In this document: one piece after another, positions 1 to 11,895 of the stretch | Numbering within the stretch: position 1 is the first letter of the stretch | Layout: each line of letters starts with the position of its first letter | Made by a program: the position numbers and the translations under genes | Source of the DNA: Tubiluchus corallicola | Taxonomy: Eukaryota; Animalia; Priapulida | Direction of reading: 5' to 3' | Assembly: GCA_030141605.1 (NCBI GenBank) | Contig: JAQGDQ010000854.1 | Location: forward strand, 1-25,478 | Length of the DNA stretch: 25,478 nucleotides | Notes under the pieces: generated by a model | Told to the model about the DNA's origin: nothing | What the model saw: the letters and a program-made list of their open reading frames with translations, nothing else | Databases searched by the model: none

Positions 1-1642
1 TATTGCAAAACAAGTTTAAGAAAAATCGCTGAAAAAAACATGAACAAATGCAAGCATATTGCAAAACAAGTTTAAGAAAAATCGCTGAAAAAAACATGAA
101 CAAATGCAAGCATATTGCAAAACAAGTTTAAGAAAAATCGCTGAAAAAAACATGAACAAATGCAAGCATATTGCAAAACAAGTTTAAGAAAAATCGCTGA
201 AAAAAACATGAACAAATGCAAGCATATTGCAAAACAAGTTTAAGAAAAATCGCTGAAAAAAACATGAACAAATGCAAGCATATTGCAAAACAAGTTTAAG
301 AAAAATCGCTGAAAAAAACATGAACAAACGCAAGCATATTGCAAAGCAAGTTTAAGAAAAATCGCTGAAAAAAAACATGAACAAATGCAAGCATATTGCA
401 AAGCAAGTTTAAGAAAAATCGCTGAAAAAAAACATGAACAAACGCAAGCATATTGCAAAACAAGTTTAAGAAAAATCTCTTAAAAAAACATGCAAATGCA
501 AGCATATTGCAAAACAAGTTTAAGAAAAATCACTGAAAAAAACATGAACAAATGCAAGCATATTGCAAAACAAGTTTAAGAAAATCGCTGAAAAAAACAT
601 GAACAAATGCAAGCATATTGCAAAACAAGTTTAAGAAAAATCGCTGAAAAAACATGAACAAATGCAAGCATATTAAACAAGTTTAAGAAAAATCGCTGAA
701 AAAACATGAACAAATGCAAGCATATTGCAAAACAAGTTTAAGAAAATCGCTGAAAAAAACATGAACAAATGCAAGCATATTGCAAAACAAGTTTAAGAAA
801 ATGCTGAAAAAAACATGAACAAATGCAAGCATATTGCAAAACAAGTTTAAGAAAAATCGCTGAAAAAACATGAACAAATGCAAGCATATTGCAAAGCAAG
901 TTTATGAAAAATCGCTGAAAAAACATGAACAAATGCAAGCATATTGCAAAACAAGTTTAAGAAAAATCGCTGAAAAAAACATGAACAAATGCAAGCATAT
1001 TGCAAAACAAGTTTAAGAAAAATCGCTGAAAAAAACATGAACAAATGCAAGCATATTGCAAAACAAGTTTAAGAAAAATCGCTGAAAAAAACATGAACAA
1101 ATGCAAGCATATTGCAAAACAAGTTTAAGAAAAATCGCTGAAAAAAACATGAACAAATGCAAGCATATTGCAAAACAAGTTTAAGAAAAATCGCTGAAAA
1201 AAACATGAACAAATGCAAGCATATTGCAAAACAAGTTTAAGAAAAATCGCTGAAAAAAACATGAACAAATGCAAGCATATTGCAAAACAAGGTTAAGAAA
1301 AATCGCTGAAAAAAACATGAACAAATGCAAGCATATTGCAAAGCAAGTTTAAGAAAAATCGCTGAAAAAACATGAACAAACGCAAGCATATTGCAAAACA
1401 AGTTTAAGAAAAATCGCTGAAAAAACATGAACAAATGCAAGCATATTGCAAAACAAGTTTAAGAAAAATCACTGAAAAAAAACATGAACAAATGCAAGCA
1501 TATTGCAAAACAAGTTTAAGAAAAATCGCTGAAAAAACATGAACAAATGCAAGCATATTGCAAAGCAAGTTTATGAAAAATCGCTGAAAAAACATGAACA
1601 AATGCAAGCATATTGCAAAACAAGTTTAAGAAAAATCGTTGA
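1..1642. repeat. 56-bp tandem satellite, about 29 copies, truncated by window start
   Basis: Unit TATTGCAAAACAAGTTTAAGAAAAATCGCTGAAAAAAACATGAACAAATGCAAGCA recurs at 1, 57, etc. Variation is mostly in A-tract length. The array ends at ...AAAAATCGTTGAAG. It explains the spurious minus-strand ORFs at 240-1607. Confidence 0.97.
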
Positions 1643-2139
1643 AGCTCCTGCCGTTTAGTTTATGATGTCAAGGTAGAGTTCAAGCTGAGGTTCTGTTTCT
1701 CAAAAAGGGAAGTTTATTTAAAGCTGAAGTGAATGCAGGTGCTGGAAATGAAAGGATTATTCTCCTTTTTAGTAGAGCTCTAAAGGTAAGGCAAAAATAG
1801 AAACTGTTTCTCTTTGTGTAAAAGCCGATTTAGAATTTCCAAAAAATGCTTTTTCATCAAATTAATCACGAGACGGGTGGATGCTTCATAAAACAAACTA
1901 AACAACAAAATAATCCTTGTAATTCCGGAAAAAGCTAATATTAAAACTAAGAGAAAATCGATACTTTTATTCTACGTCATGTTAAGGGCACAACTTTTAT
2001 TCGCGCTGATTCCTATTGACAATGTCAACAAATACTAAAAAATGATCCTGCTTTCTTACGCCGTGTTAAATTTTTCTGATGCTAAAAGATCAGAAATGAA
2101 ATTGTTCCTTATTTTCATTTGATCTGATTTTTAATTTAA

Positions 2140-2590
2140 CCTTTCATACCCCATGGGATACGAGAATATTTTGTGCCTTTAAAATTAATAATATTTTAAA
2201 ACTGACAGTTATTTGATCTGTTAATAGTTATTTTGATTTAAGCCAATAACAATAGACAAAAAATAGTGATAAAATGGCAAACTAGAAAATCTACATAGCA
2301 TAAAAAAACTGCACAAGGTACAGTAGTTTAGAGATGACTTTGTACAGATCAGCATAGCATGCATACTAAATGTCTTAAATACTTTAAAAAATTATCAACA
2401 GTTGCAAAATGAAGCACATTTTATGCTTCCATTGAATCCCAATGTATCCCGTGGGATACAGGGTATATTTAGCACACGGGCACAGGTAGAAAAAAATAAT
2501 TATTATATGTAAACAAGATGGACATACTAAACACAAAAGTACCAAGGCAAAATTTTTTTTCTTATTAAAAATAATTTGGGACTGAAAGGG
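2140..2590. mobile_element. piggyBac-type non-autonomous element (MITE), copy 1
   Basis: TTAA at 2136-2139 and 2591-2594. Ends are CCTTTCATACCC...GGGACTGAAAGGG. Internal palindrome TGTATCCC-GT-GGGATACA at about 2443-2460. Near-identical over about 270 bp to the copy at 14802-15134. Confidence 0.88.
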
Positions 2591-3065
2591 TTAATACTTT
2601 ACTACAGACTTTACAAAGTTCACATGCATATCAATCAAACACTAATATAAACATACATTATGGCACAGGACATAGACATTTTTTATTTATCTCCTCATTT
2701 ACACCAGAATACAAATAGACTATAATTGCAATAATTATTAATTAATTGGGATAAATTATGCATAAAGGAAAGAGTTATGGGGATGCAGTGCAGACTTGAA
2801 AGTGAAGTAAGTAATTAGACTATGTAACAAGGAAGCATTATGATAAGGTGAAAAAATGCAATGATGATCAACCAAATATGTAAAGCATATAACTAACTGA
2901 TTAAAGCATAAAGAAATTACAAAATCAAGCCAAACCAAAGCATGAATAAAAATCAGTAAAGGAAACAAAATATTCATGATAAAGTGAAACTAAAGTGAAA
3001 TGACAGCAACACAAACAACAAATAAGAAAGAACAAAAAACGAGACTGTGTGTGTATGTTTTGCAG

Positions 3066-3146
3066 GCGACATGATTCCAAGTCTTTTGGTTTGCAAGAAT
3101 AGCCACACTGAAGCAGTTTACTTAAGCAATCCACATGCTAAAGGAA
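3066..3146 (+). CDS. Candidate upstream exon of the TY-domain gene (xDMIPSLLVCKNSHTEAVYLSNPHAKG)
   Basis: Acceptor TGTATGTTTTGCAG| at 3065. The only open frame is phase 1. The weak donor A|GTTAAT at 3147 would join in frame to exon 3333. No recognisable motif. Confidence 0.3.
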
Positions 3147-3332
3147 GTTAATTCTCATTAACAAATTCAACGCAACATACTTAGTTAAAATGTTTATTTA
3201 AACTAAGCTCATGTATAATGTTTTCTCAAAAAAATGGCTCAAAATTTTTTTCAAAAAACTTAAAAGTAGGTGAAAGTAGGAATAAATGGCAAATTGTACT
3301 TTGAATAAAAGCTAAGTATTTATGTGTTTCAG

Positions 3333-3491
3333 GGATGTTTGGTTTTGATCTTGACTTTTCAAAGATGAGTAAGTGTGAAATTCATCGACACATGACAATG
3401 AACGCACCAATTGTTCTAATGGGTGATATATGGATACCAAAGTGCGATCCGTTCAGCGGAACTTACCAAACCGCACAATGTGCTAATGATG
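3333..3491 (+). CDS. Internal exon, N-terminal half of a thyroglobulin type-1 domain (MFGFDLDFSKMSKCEIHRHMTMNAPIVLMGDIWIPKCDPFSGTYQTAQCANDG)
   Basis: Acceptor TATGTGTTTCAG| at 3332 and donor G|GTAAAT at 3492; 159 bp, phase 1-1. Contains the C...R...IPxCD..G.Y...QC signature of TY domains. Confidence 0.88.
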
Positions 3492-3567
3492 GTAAATATG
3501 TCTTAGTCTGTATCTGAAAATGGACGAAGTTCTTTCATGATATCATAAATAATATCAAATAATATTT

Positions 3568-3830
3568 GACCAGATGGTTTAGTCTAGTGGTAATGTGTGT
3601 GCTTTCCGTCTGGGAGGTCGTGAGTTCAAACCAACCAGCGGCCGGGTCATAACAAAGACTTTAGAAATGGTGCCTGCTTCACCCTGCCTGACACGTGGTA
3701 TTTAGGGTAAAAGTGGGGTAATAATAGTCTCTGTTATGTAGTTGTAGGTTGTTATTTACAGTCGACGATAATAGGTCCTTGAGCTAATGTTAATTGATGA
3801 CCCAAAACTCGACTTTAAATAAAGATTGTT
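3568..3830 (+). mobile_element. tRNA-derived SINE, probably with a Meta/MESC-type central domain
   Basis: A-box-like TGGTTTAGTCTAGTGG and B-box-like GAGTTCAAACC. These are followed by GGTCATAACAAAGACTTTAGAAATGGTGCCTGCTTCACCCTGCCTGACAC, which resembles the MetaSINE core as I recall it. The 3' end ...GACTTTAAATAAAGATT is shared with 4361-4519. Confidence 0.75.
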
Positions 3831-3865
3831 GACCCCTCGCCAGAGACTGAGTGTGAGCTCTTCAG

Positions 3866-4025
3866 AGAGTTTAGTGAGCGACTGCCAGTTAGTTATTGAC
3901 AGTGTTTGTTTGTGTATGTTTTTTTGTACTCTTTTTTTAACAGCCAACGCTTCACTAAAGCAGAATTTTTTAAACTAGGTAACATTTTTGCTGTGCCGAT
4001 TGGTACAAACAGTTACAAAGTCAGT
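3866..4025. repeat. Unclassified dispersed repeat, diverged copy A (copy B at 20095-20250)
   Basis: Shared ordered blocks GACTGCC..AGTTA, TTTTT.AACAGC.AA.GCTTCACT.AA.CAG and CCG.TTGGTACAA.CA.TTAC.AAGTCA, in the same orientation in both copies. Confidence 0.6.
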
Positions 4026-4360
4026 TGTAAGCTTAGTGTCAGCTCCAACAAGGAATAGGAAATGTACTTCAAAAAATCACTAACCCTATAACACGCTAAT
4101 GTACAGTTGTTGTTTTTTGTTTTATAAAATCAGACGCTTAGCATTTGCTAAAACTGAACTTTCATTGGTGTTCTAGTGCATTTCGTCTCTACCAGGAGGC
4201 CACCAACTTCATAAATTATTTTTAAATTGAAAACTTGTTTTAATAGTACGTTTATTGATGAAAACAAGTGACGGACTATGTAATGTAGTGAAATGTATAT
4301 ATAACACAGATGCATAATATTTAATACGAGCAACTAATGTCTAGTGTCATCGCCAGTAAA

Positions 4361-4519
<159 letters not shown>

Positions 4520-4970
4520 TAAAGACAGGCAAAGTTCGTAAGCGAAGTCCTGACTACCCCTGACTTCGGCTGATTCTCATTATCTAAAGTAAATTACTGC
4601 ATTTTTTCTTGTATTCAAATTTGCTTCATTATTTATATTTAACTACTCAATAATATTCAGAGTAATAATAATTGAGAAATCCTTAAAATATTGATAAGAT
4701 GGAATTAAAAGTCAATCGAGCCACTGTAATTAACACAAATCAGAAATCGTTCAAAGTTTTGTCGATGAAATAACAGCTACGGAATTATTTAGAAATGATT
4801 CAAAGCCAGCTCAGCGCATGCGCGGTTTGTAAAGACAAACAAATGCATAACAGTAAAGATTCTAAAGAGTCCTCTACATTTTTTGACAATAAATGTGACT
4901 CAAATAGGGAAGGAAAGGAAGTAAAGGTCCCAAGCAATTAAACTACATTTATAATAACACATCATAGGAG

Positions 4971-5470
4971 CAGGGCCTATTTCAGCCTAAGTGAGGCCCG
5001 GGGAAGTGGGGCGTGTGCGGCCCCCGTCGGGGAGGGGGGAAGCGCCGGGGGGGTGCCACCATGGTTGACGCCCAGAAAATTTTTGAACTGCTAGAATGCC
5101 GGAGAAGTATTTTCGAAGAGAAAATATGGAGTTATACAGTTGTTAAAGGAAAGAACAATTGAAAGAAAAACTACTTTATTCTCAAGACCAGTCCTTAATA
5201 CTTGTCAAATAGTCAAATCAAAAACAACATCTTTGCAATATGTAATATCGTACTCTCACTTTCGTACAAGCCTGTGTTAGAAATTCCAAAATTGAAAACT
5301 GCACAAGGCAAACGGCACGCGTGCGGCAAGAGAGAGAGGAGGAGAGAGGAAGAGAAGAGGCAATATGTTCGTATAAAGGAAAAAAATATGTTACCTTGGC
5401 GCGAGGCCCCCCTGGAGGGTGAGGCCCCGGGAAAGTATCCCCACTCCCCCCCCCCCTTAAGTAGGGCCTG
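4971..5470. mobile_element. hAT-superfamily MITE (500 bp)
   Basis: TIRs CAGGGCCTATTTCAG / CTTAAGTAGGGCCTG (12/15 match). 8-bp TSD CATAGGAG (4963-4970) / CATAAGAG (5471-5478). GC-rich subterminal GAGGCCC repeats at both ends. Confidence 0.85.
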
Positions 5471-5933
5471 CATAAGAGTACTTGGCTTACTCAAAACACG
5501 ATATTATACATCTCCGTGGAGCTTAAGCATATAAAACGTAAGTGAGGGTAACTTTACAAGTCAAATTAGTACAAAATGATTTCCAGTAAGAGAAGCAAAC
5601 TACGAGAAAATCAGTAGGATGCTGTCGCCTATTTGTCTTATTTGCCCCAATAAAGAGAAGTGTTTAATAAGAACTGTAAAATGCAAGAAAGACGTTTTGC
5701 TATCAAACAGTCGGACTACATGAAGCCAGTGTAGATAGAGATATAATAGTAAAGGTCAGAATTAAATATCATCCTTAACTTAATAGTTGATCACATTGTA
5801 CCTAATTACGATTGGTAATAGGATATGTAAGTCTATCATTATCTTATCTCAGCTCATCAAAGCGTTTGAAAAGTACTTATTAAAGTCTTGTGACCCGATG
5901 TGCAGTGTGCTGTCTGCAACACTACAGAATTAA

Positions 5934-6412
5934 AGGAACAGATGTCAGAAATACGAAGTGTCGAAAATATGCTGGAAGAATTATGATTGAATCAGAACTT
6001 TGTTCAAAAGTGCCTGGGTGGCACTCAAGAGCACTGGCACACATTCAACTAAAGTCACACAGCTAAGATAAGGTCAAGCAAAATCGTAAGCATGCCACTG
6101 ATGGAGGCGGAAAGTGTTTTGACTGCTTCGCAACGTACAACTTAAGCACACTATTCTTAAGTAATATAGATTTGCATGGAAAGTTTTTTGAGGCATAACT
6201 TAACATTTCCTTTTCTTCCCCTGATTTACGCTGTGCGTATATGACGTCATGTAATGGCGCCGTCGGAACAGTATTGCGGGAGATTTAAAATGAAAACAAA
6301 GTATTAATCCTTTCAACGTGAGTACGATATACGCATAAAATTGCTATAAAGTAATATAATTTTTAAAGGCGATTTTTCTGAAACCTACTTCAGGTACCCC
6401 TTTTCTTGTCCT
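5934..6412. mobile_element. Possible Kolobok-like non-autonomous element
   Basis: TTAA|AGGAACAGA ... TCTTGTCCT|TTAA ends (7/9 inverted match only). Internal TGACGTCA. The TIR is too weak for a firm call. Confidence 0.3.
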
Positions 6413-6625
6413 TTAAGTTCCAAAGGCTTGTATATGTCCAACTGCAATTAGCGTAATGAAAATGAAACTAAAGTCGCAATAAGATAAACAGTGATGGGCA
6501 ATTTGCAATCCAATTTTAAATGAGAATTTAATCCATCTATCTACCTATACAGTTACAACATGAAATTCAGAACTACGAAATTCTAATTCGTAACGATCAA
6601 TGTCGTTTGCAGAATAAACAATTTC

Positions 6626-7773
6626 AAGTTCAGAACAATCAAAATAAATTTCGGAATAATCAAAGTTCAGAACAATCAAAATAAATTTCGGAAAAATCAA
6701 AGTTCAGGACAATCAAAATAAATTTCGGAATAATCAAAGTTCAGAACAATCAAAATAAATTTCTGAATAATCAAAGTTCAGAACAATCAAAATAAATTTC
6801 CGAATAATCAAAGTTCAGGACAATCAAAATAAATTTCGGAATAATCAAAGTTCAGAACAATCAAAATAAATTTCGGAATAATAAAAGTTCAGAACAATCA
6901 AAATAAATTTCCGAATAATCAAAGTTCAGGACAATCAAAATAAATTTCGGAATAATCAAAGTTCAGAACAATCAAAATAAATTTCGGAATAATAAAAGTT
7001 CAGAACAATCAAAATAAATTTCCGAATAATCAAAGTTCAGGACAATCAAAATAAATTTCGGAATAATCAAAGTTCAGAACAATCAAAATAAATTTCGGAA
7101 TAATAAAAGTTCAGAACAATCAAAATAAATTTCCGAATAATCAAAGTTCAGGACAATCAAAATAAATTTCGGAATAATCAAAGTTCAGAACAATCAAAAT
7201 AAATTTCGGAATAATCAAAGTTTAGAACAATCAAAATAAATTTCGGAATAATCAAAGTTCAGAACAATCAAAATAAATTTCGGAATAATCAAAGTTCAGA
7301 ACAATCAAAATAAATTTCGGAATAATCAAAGTTCAGAACAATCAAAATAAATTTCGGAATAATCAAAGTTCAGGACAATCAAAATAAATTTCGGAATAAT
7401 CAAAGTTCAGAACAATCAAAATAAATTTCGGAATAATCAAAGTTCAGAACAATCAAAATAAATTTCGGAATAATCAAAGTTCAGAACAATCAAAATAAAT
7501 TTCGGAATAATCAAAGTTCAGAACAATCAAAATAAATTTCGGAATAATCAAAGTTCAGGACAATCAAAATAAATTTCGGAATAATCAAAGTTCAGGACAA
7601 TCAAAATAAATTTCGGAATAATCAAAGTTCAGAACAATCAAAATAAATTTCGGAATAATCAAAGTTCAGAACAATCAAAATAAATTTCGGAATAATCAAA
7701 GTTCAGAACAATCAAAATAAATTTCGGAATAATCAAAGTTCAGGACAATCAAAATAAATTTCGGAATAATCAA
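6626..7773. repeat. 37-bp tandem minisatellite, about 31 copies
   Basis: Unit AAGTTCAGAACAATCAAAATAAATTTCGGAATAATCA at 6626, 6663, etc. It is built from two related halves, TTCRGAAYAATCAAA. Confidence 0.97.
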
Positions 7774-8022
7774 TATCAAATTTGCTTTAATCAAGTACAA
7801 AGATCCTATCCATCTTAGAAAGAGGCAGACGATTAGAAGCGACAAATTAGAGTAGTTCGAGAGTGAAAGTGATTAGAGGGCGCATGTCAAGAGAAGGAAC
7901 GACAGCTGCCTACGATTGAATCAATAGTACCATTACGATGATAAGAAACGTGATTGCTAAGTCCACGTTTCAACAAAAATCAAAACTCGATCTTGATTTA
8001 CAGTCTTTTCACGACGTAAATA

Positions 8023-8026
<4 letters not shown>

Positions 8027-8058
<32 letters not shown>

Positions 8059-8560
8059 TTCTTTATTTGTCATAAAAATGGTTCACTCATTATAATAAAA
8101 TTGAGTAAGCCTCAGCGTAATGTTAAAATAACAACACTGTTCAAGACAAATGCGTCCAGTGCAGACTAAAAAAACTAAAGTGCAAAACTAAGGCTTAATT
8201 ATATACAATAAATGAACATATTTACAAACACCATATTAAAATATTTTTACAAAACAATATTACAAAAGTACATTAAATTTTACATGACATATTTTACACA
8301 TTTGTACTATATACACATTTGACATGACACAATTAACAGAAACATGCTTTACATTACATAAATTTCACTCATTACATTTACACTATTTATACATTTGACA
8401 TTACAAAACTAACATAACACGTATTACATTACATAATTTTTTTAAAAAATTCATTTTTAATCGTTTTATGGAGTCAGGGGGGGGGGTAGATGAAAGTTGA
8501 GTCTGTGTAATTAGTATCAGATGCACAATGTGGAAGTTGAAACCTGTTATATTGATATTT
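8027..8560 (-). mobile_element. Possible degraded LINE 3' end with a (TA)n tail
   Basis: The minus strand reads ...RFQLPHCASD...FIYPPPDSIKRLK..., then an AT-rich UTR, AATAAAG and a (TA)n tail at 8027-8055. Weak resemblance to CR1-group ORF2 C-termini. Confidence 0.3.
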
Positions 8561-9103
8561 TTTCACAAAGTTTTGTTTTCGTTATTTGATTATAAAATTA
8601 TTACCTAGTTCACAATATGTTTACAGATGCACGATTGTTTTTTTATAACGTCTAATTATTTTCACTATAACTCAATAATAATTTACGATTATGATGTACA
8701 TACACTTGTGCATTGTATACATAGTTACATTTGTGTATACTACACACGTATACGTATAGAGAATTTTAAATTTTTTGTTCCAAAAATGATTTTCATTATT
8801 CCGAAATTGAGTTTGTTCAATCGAATTTGAAATTGTTTATTACAAAAAAAGAAACAATTTATTATCAGTTCATGCAACCGCTAGATGCCCTACTGACAAC
8901 ATTATTGTCCTCACAGCCTTGATCATGACTCAGCAAGTCGATAAACAAATATAGTGGTATGCAGTCAATACATTAGATGGCACAGAAAGCAAAGGTGTTC
9001 AATAAAAAGTATATTATCTATTTGGATGTGATGCACACACGCCGTATGTTGAATGTGTTCGATATTACTCGCACGCAGTGTTACTGATGCTCTCATTTTT
9101 CAG

Positions 9104-9243
9104 GACGATGTTTTTGCGTCGAGAAGGATGGAACGGAGATGGAAGGAACACAGTCGCAGGGCAAGCCCATGTGCAACGACATCTCAGAAATTGTGGCGGA
9201 GAATGATCAGAGAGAAACTCAGAACTGGGTGCCGGTTGTCTGA
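9104..9243 (+). CDS. Terminal coding exon, C-terminal half of the TY domain (GRCFCVEKDGTEMEGTQSQGKPMCNDISEIVAENDQRETQNWVPVV*)
   Basis: Acceptor CTCTCATTTTTCAG| at 9103. Phase 1 joins G3491 to give QCANDG-RCFCVEKDGTE..GT.....P.C, a CWCV-like motif. TGA at 9241-9243. This frame is not in the ORF track. Confidence 0.9.
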
Positions 9244-9541
9244 TACGAACTCTCCGATGAAAGAGCACCTTTATTTTCTCAGCTAAATATGCCACTTTTG
9301 TATTTATCTATCTGACAGCTATCATTATTGGCTAACTTGTTATACCCAGCTTAAAAATGGTTTTGTAGTGATATGTGTATTGGATTAACATAAAGATAAC
9401 GAAGCCAGGTATAAAAAGGAATTATACACATCATACACTCAAATTTTCTAAAAACTTTAATTTGTGCTGTTATGTAAGCCCTTTTTGCCATGCCACAATT
9501 TATATAAAATTTTGTATGTATATAAAAGAACGTTGCATCAG

Positions 9542-9547
9542 AATAAA
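9542..9547 (+). promoter_or_regulatory. Candidate polyadenylation signal of the TY-domain gene
   Basis: First AATAAA I found after the stop, about 300 nt downstream. Others occur near 9961 and 10148. Confidence 0.4.
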
Positions 9548-10660
9548 TGTTGAAAGAGCTATCACAAACTTTTGCGTGAAAGACGGATAACAAACATCAA
9601 CACTTGTTTATTAGGGGAACAATAATTAAGATAGAATTCACGAGTCGCTGAACACAGAAGCCTAACGCTTGCTAATCAAAGCGAAAAAGTTTTGTAAATT
9701 TATAAAATACTGAGGAAATTGTGATTGTTGATTGACTGATCTGTGTGACACCTGCACATGTGAATCTGTAATTGCATCTGTAATGTTAGAGTCACAGCTA
9801 AAAATCTAAAAAATTAGTTCAAATTTCGACTGAAAAAAGACAAATTTGTATTTAACTAGGTCTATTAATGTGTCAGTGAGACTGCAGTTGGCTATAACAA
9901 TTGTATAAATTCTATTTTACAAGTTGGACAACATTTTCTGTATATAATAAGCTATAATATAATAAAAAACTGCATGAACTCCTTTCATATAACAGCTAAC
10001 GTAGTTTTGTTGAAATCTTCTGCAAACATATGCATCATCAAGAACACAGTGACGTCTGTGAAAGTCATTTTTGAAGTTGTTGTTCAGTCACTTTGTCATG
10101 ATTGAATTTAGACACAGAGAAGTATGGATAGGAACCAAAAATCTATAATAAATATTTGCACTGCACCCAACAGAAAAGTGTTTATTAAACTACAGAAAAC
10201 ATGAGTAGCAAAACTGCTGCACTGAACATTGAGCAAAAACTAGAAAGCAAAAACAGTCAGTAAAACCTGTTTCACAGTCAGTATACAGGTATAGAACTTG
10301 ACCTATGCAGAGTTGCACAGGCTTCACAACAACCATTAATGTTAGATAGGGAGAGGACCAGTGTGTATGTAGTCACTGGACCATACAATTATACTGAAGG
10401 TAAGTCAGCTGGTAGAATGTAACAAGATTAGCACATAGATGGCAGCACCTAATGACAATGTACAATTCCAACTTCCACAACGTCAGAAACTAATGCTAGT
10501 CCTTAGTTATTCATTAAATTGCAGAGAAAAATGCACAGTTTACATTTAAACCTGGATTATGGAAAGCTTGCTGCATATTTGTGAGTTTTGGGTGTTCATC
10601 CCATTTCTGTTTGGGAAATGTTCATTAGTGAACGATTTCTCAGTGGATAAAAAAGTAATA

Positions 10661-10950
10661 TACAGGGTGTCTCAAAAGTCACATGTAAAGTTAACAACCT
10701 GACTTCTAAATTTCTCCAATCTCGGCAAACTGTTACATGAATCAAAAGAGCCTTTGGCAGTTCTTTTACCCCGTTGCCATGGTGACGACGGTAACGTTGG
10801 GAACGAAGTTCAAAATTCAGAACACACCACATTGGACACACAATTCTCTCACTATTAACGATGTAGTTTTTCAACAAACTGCAGCCCTTCCTTACCACTC
10901 ATGCACTGCAAAAGACTTTCTCGATGCAAGATGTTCGACTTGCCATTAAT
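10661..10950 (+). mobile_element. Tc1/mariner remnant (one TIR plus a decayed transposase fragment)
   Basis: TA|CAGGGTGTCTCAAAAG terminus at 10661. The ORF 10737-10949 contains VVFQQTAALPYHSCTAKDFLDA, resembling the FQQDGAPPH...VRDFL motif around the second catalytic Asp. No second TIR was seen. Confidence 0.6.
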
Positions 10951-11299
10951 AAAACCTTGTAGTGCGGTAGTTCCTTTCAGATTTCTGTCTCTAAGTTGAC
11001 TAAAACAACTACAAATACTAAGGATTCAGTTCATCTGCACCAATTTTCAAACTTTTTGTTTGATTTGAGAAAAAATGCAGAAACTAAAGTGTATGCAGTG
11101 CAGAATCCGTATATAACACGGGTCCAGTTACGTAGTCAGGTGATTACTTAAATGTTGGTCATCAATAAGAAATGATTTTATTGAAAATAAGAAGTCATGT
11201 TGTTGGAACAATAAGACAATAGAACAAGCTCATAGATTTAAGTGAAATTTACCAGACATCTGCAATGCTTATGGGTTATCCTCAAATTCTCAAACTAAT

Positions 11300-11895
11300 A
11301 TATAGGTATGACCATCCCACAAATATAATTTACTTGTCTGTTAAAACTCTTAAAGTGAAAGAAATATATGACATGTATTGTCTTCATTTCATGCATCAGT
11401 ATCATAATTCACTACTTCCACCAGCTTTTCAGTCATACTTTAGTCCAGTTTCAAATCAACATGATCATTACACAAGATATTCAGTCGGAAACTATGTACT
11501 CCCTGTTCCAAAAACAAATATAATGAAACAGTCATCAAAATATAATGCTATTAAAATATGGTCATCAATTCCACGTGAAATGAAAACTCTTAATCTTTAT
11601 CAATTTAAAAAAGCATCAAAGAATTACCTACTACAATGGTATAATTAACTCACAATTTTACTCATCCTGATCTTAAGTTACTAACAAAACTTATTTTGTT
11701 CTAATGTACGTTATAACTGATGAAAATGTAATGTTAATAGTCAATTGTTTCACTTATCTGGAGGAGGACTCGAAAGCTAAATACTCCTTCCTCATCCTCG
11801 CAGTAACTCGCTTAGTTTATTTTTTTCAATGTAATATCAATTTATATGTATGTTTGAGTTGCTGTGGAATAAATTCATAATTCATAATTTATAAT
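11300..11895 (+). mobile_element. 5'-truncated non-LTR retrotransposon (CR1/L2/Crack-like) ORF2 C-terminus, 3' UTR and tail
   Basis: ORF 11265-11648 has FMHQY..SLLPPAFQSYF...H..YTR....LP..KT.....S.KY.AIKIW.SIP..MK...YQFKK..K.YL. AATAAA at 11868 is followed by an (ATTCATA)-type tail. The 5' boundary is approximate. Confidence 0.85.

Noticed and set aside
240-1607. Minus-strand Cys/Phe-rich ORFs
   Set aside because: They are translations of the 56-bp satellite. The unit is not a multiple of 3 and frameshifts constantly.
1666-1790. Open stretch ending in an AAG|GTAAGG donor as an upstream TY-gene exon
   Set aside because: The open frame ends in phase 0 while the downstream exons need phase 1, and the ATG-containing frame stops before the donor.
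3568-3640. tRNA gene
   Set aside because: The A/B boxes are degenerate, there is no clean cloverleaf, and it continues into a SINE body and tail.
5202-5534. ORFs 5202-5534 (+) and 5213-5494 (-)
   Set aside because: They lie within the hAT MITE and show no transposase or other motif.
9053-9295. ORF-track ORFs 9053-9286 (+) and 9065-9295 (-)
   Set aside because: Shadow frames of the real TY exon at 9104-9243.
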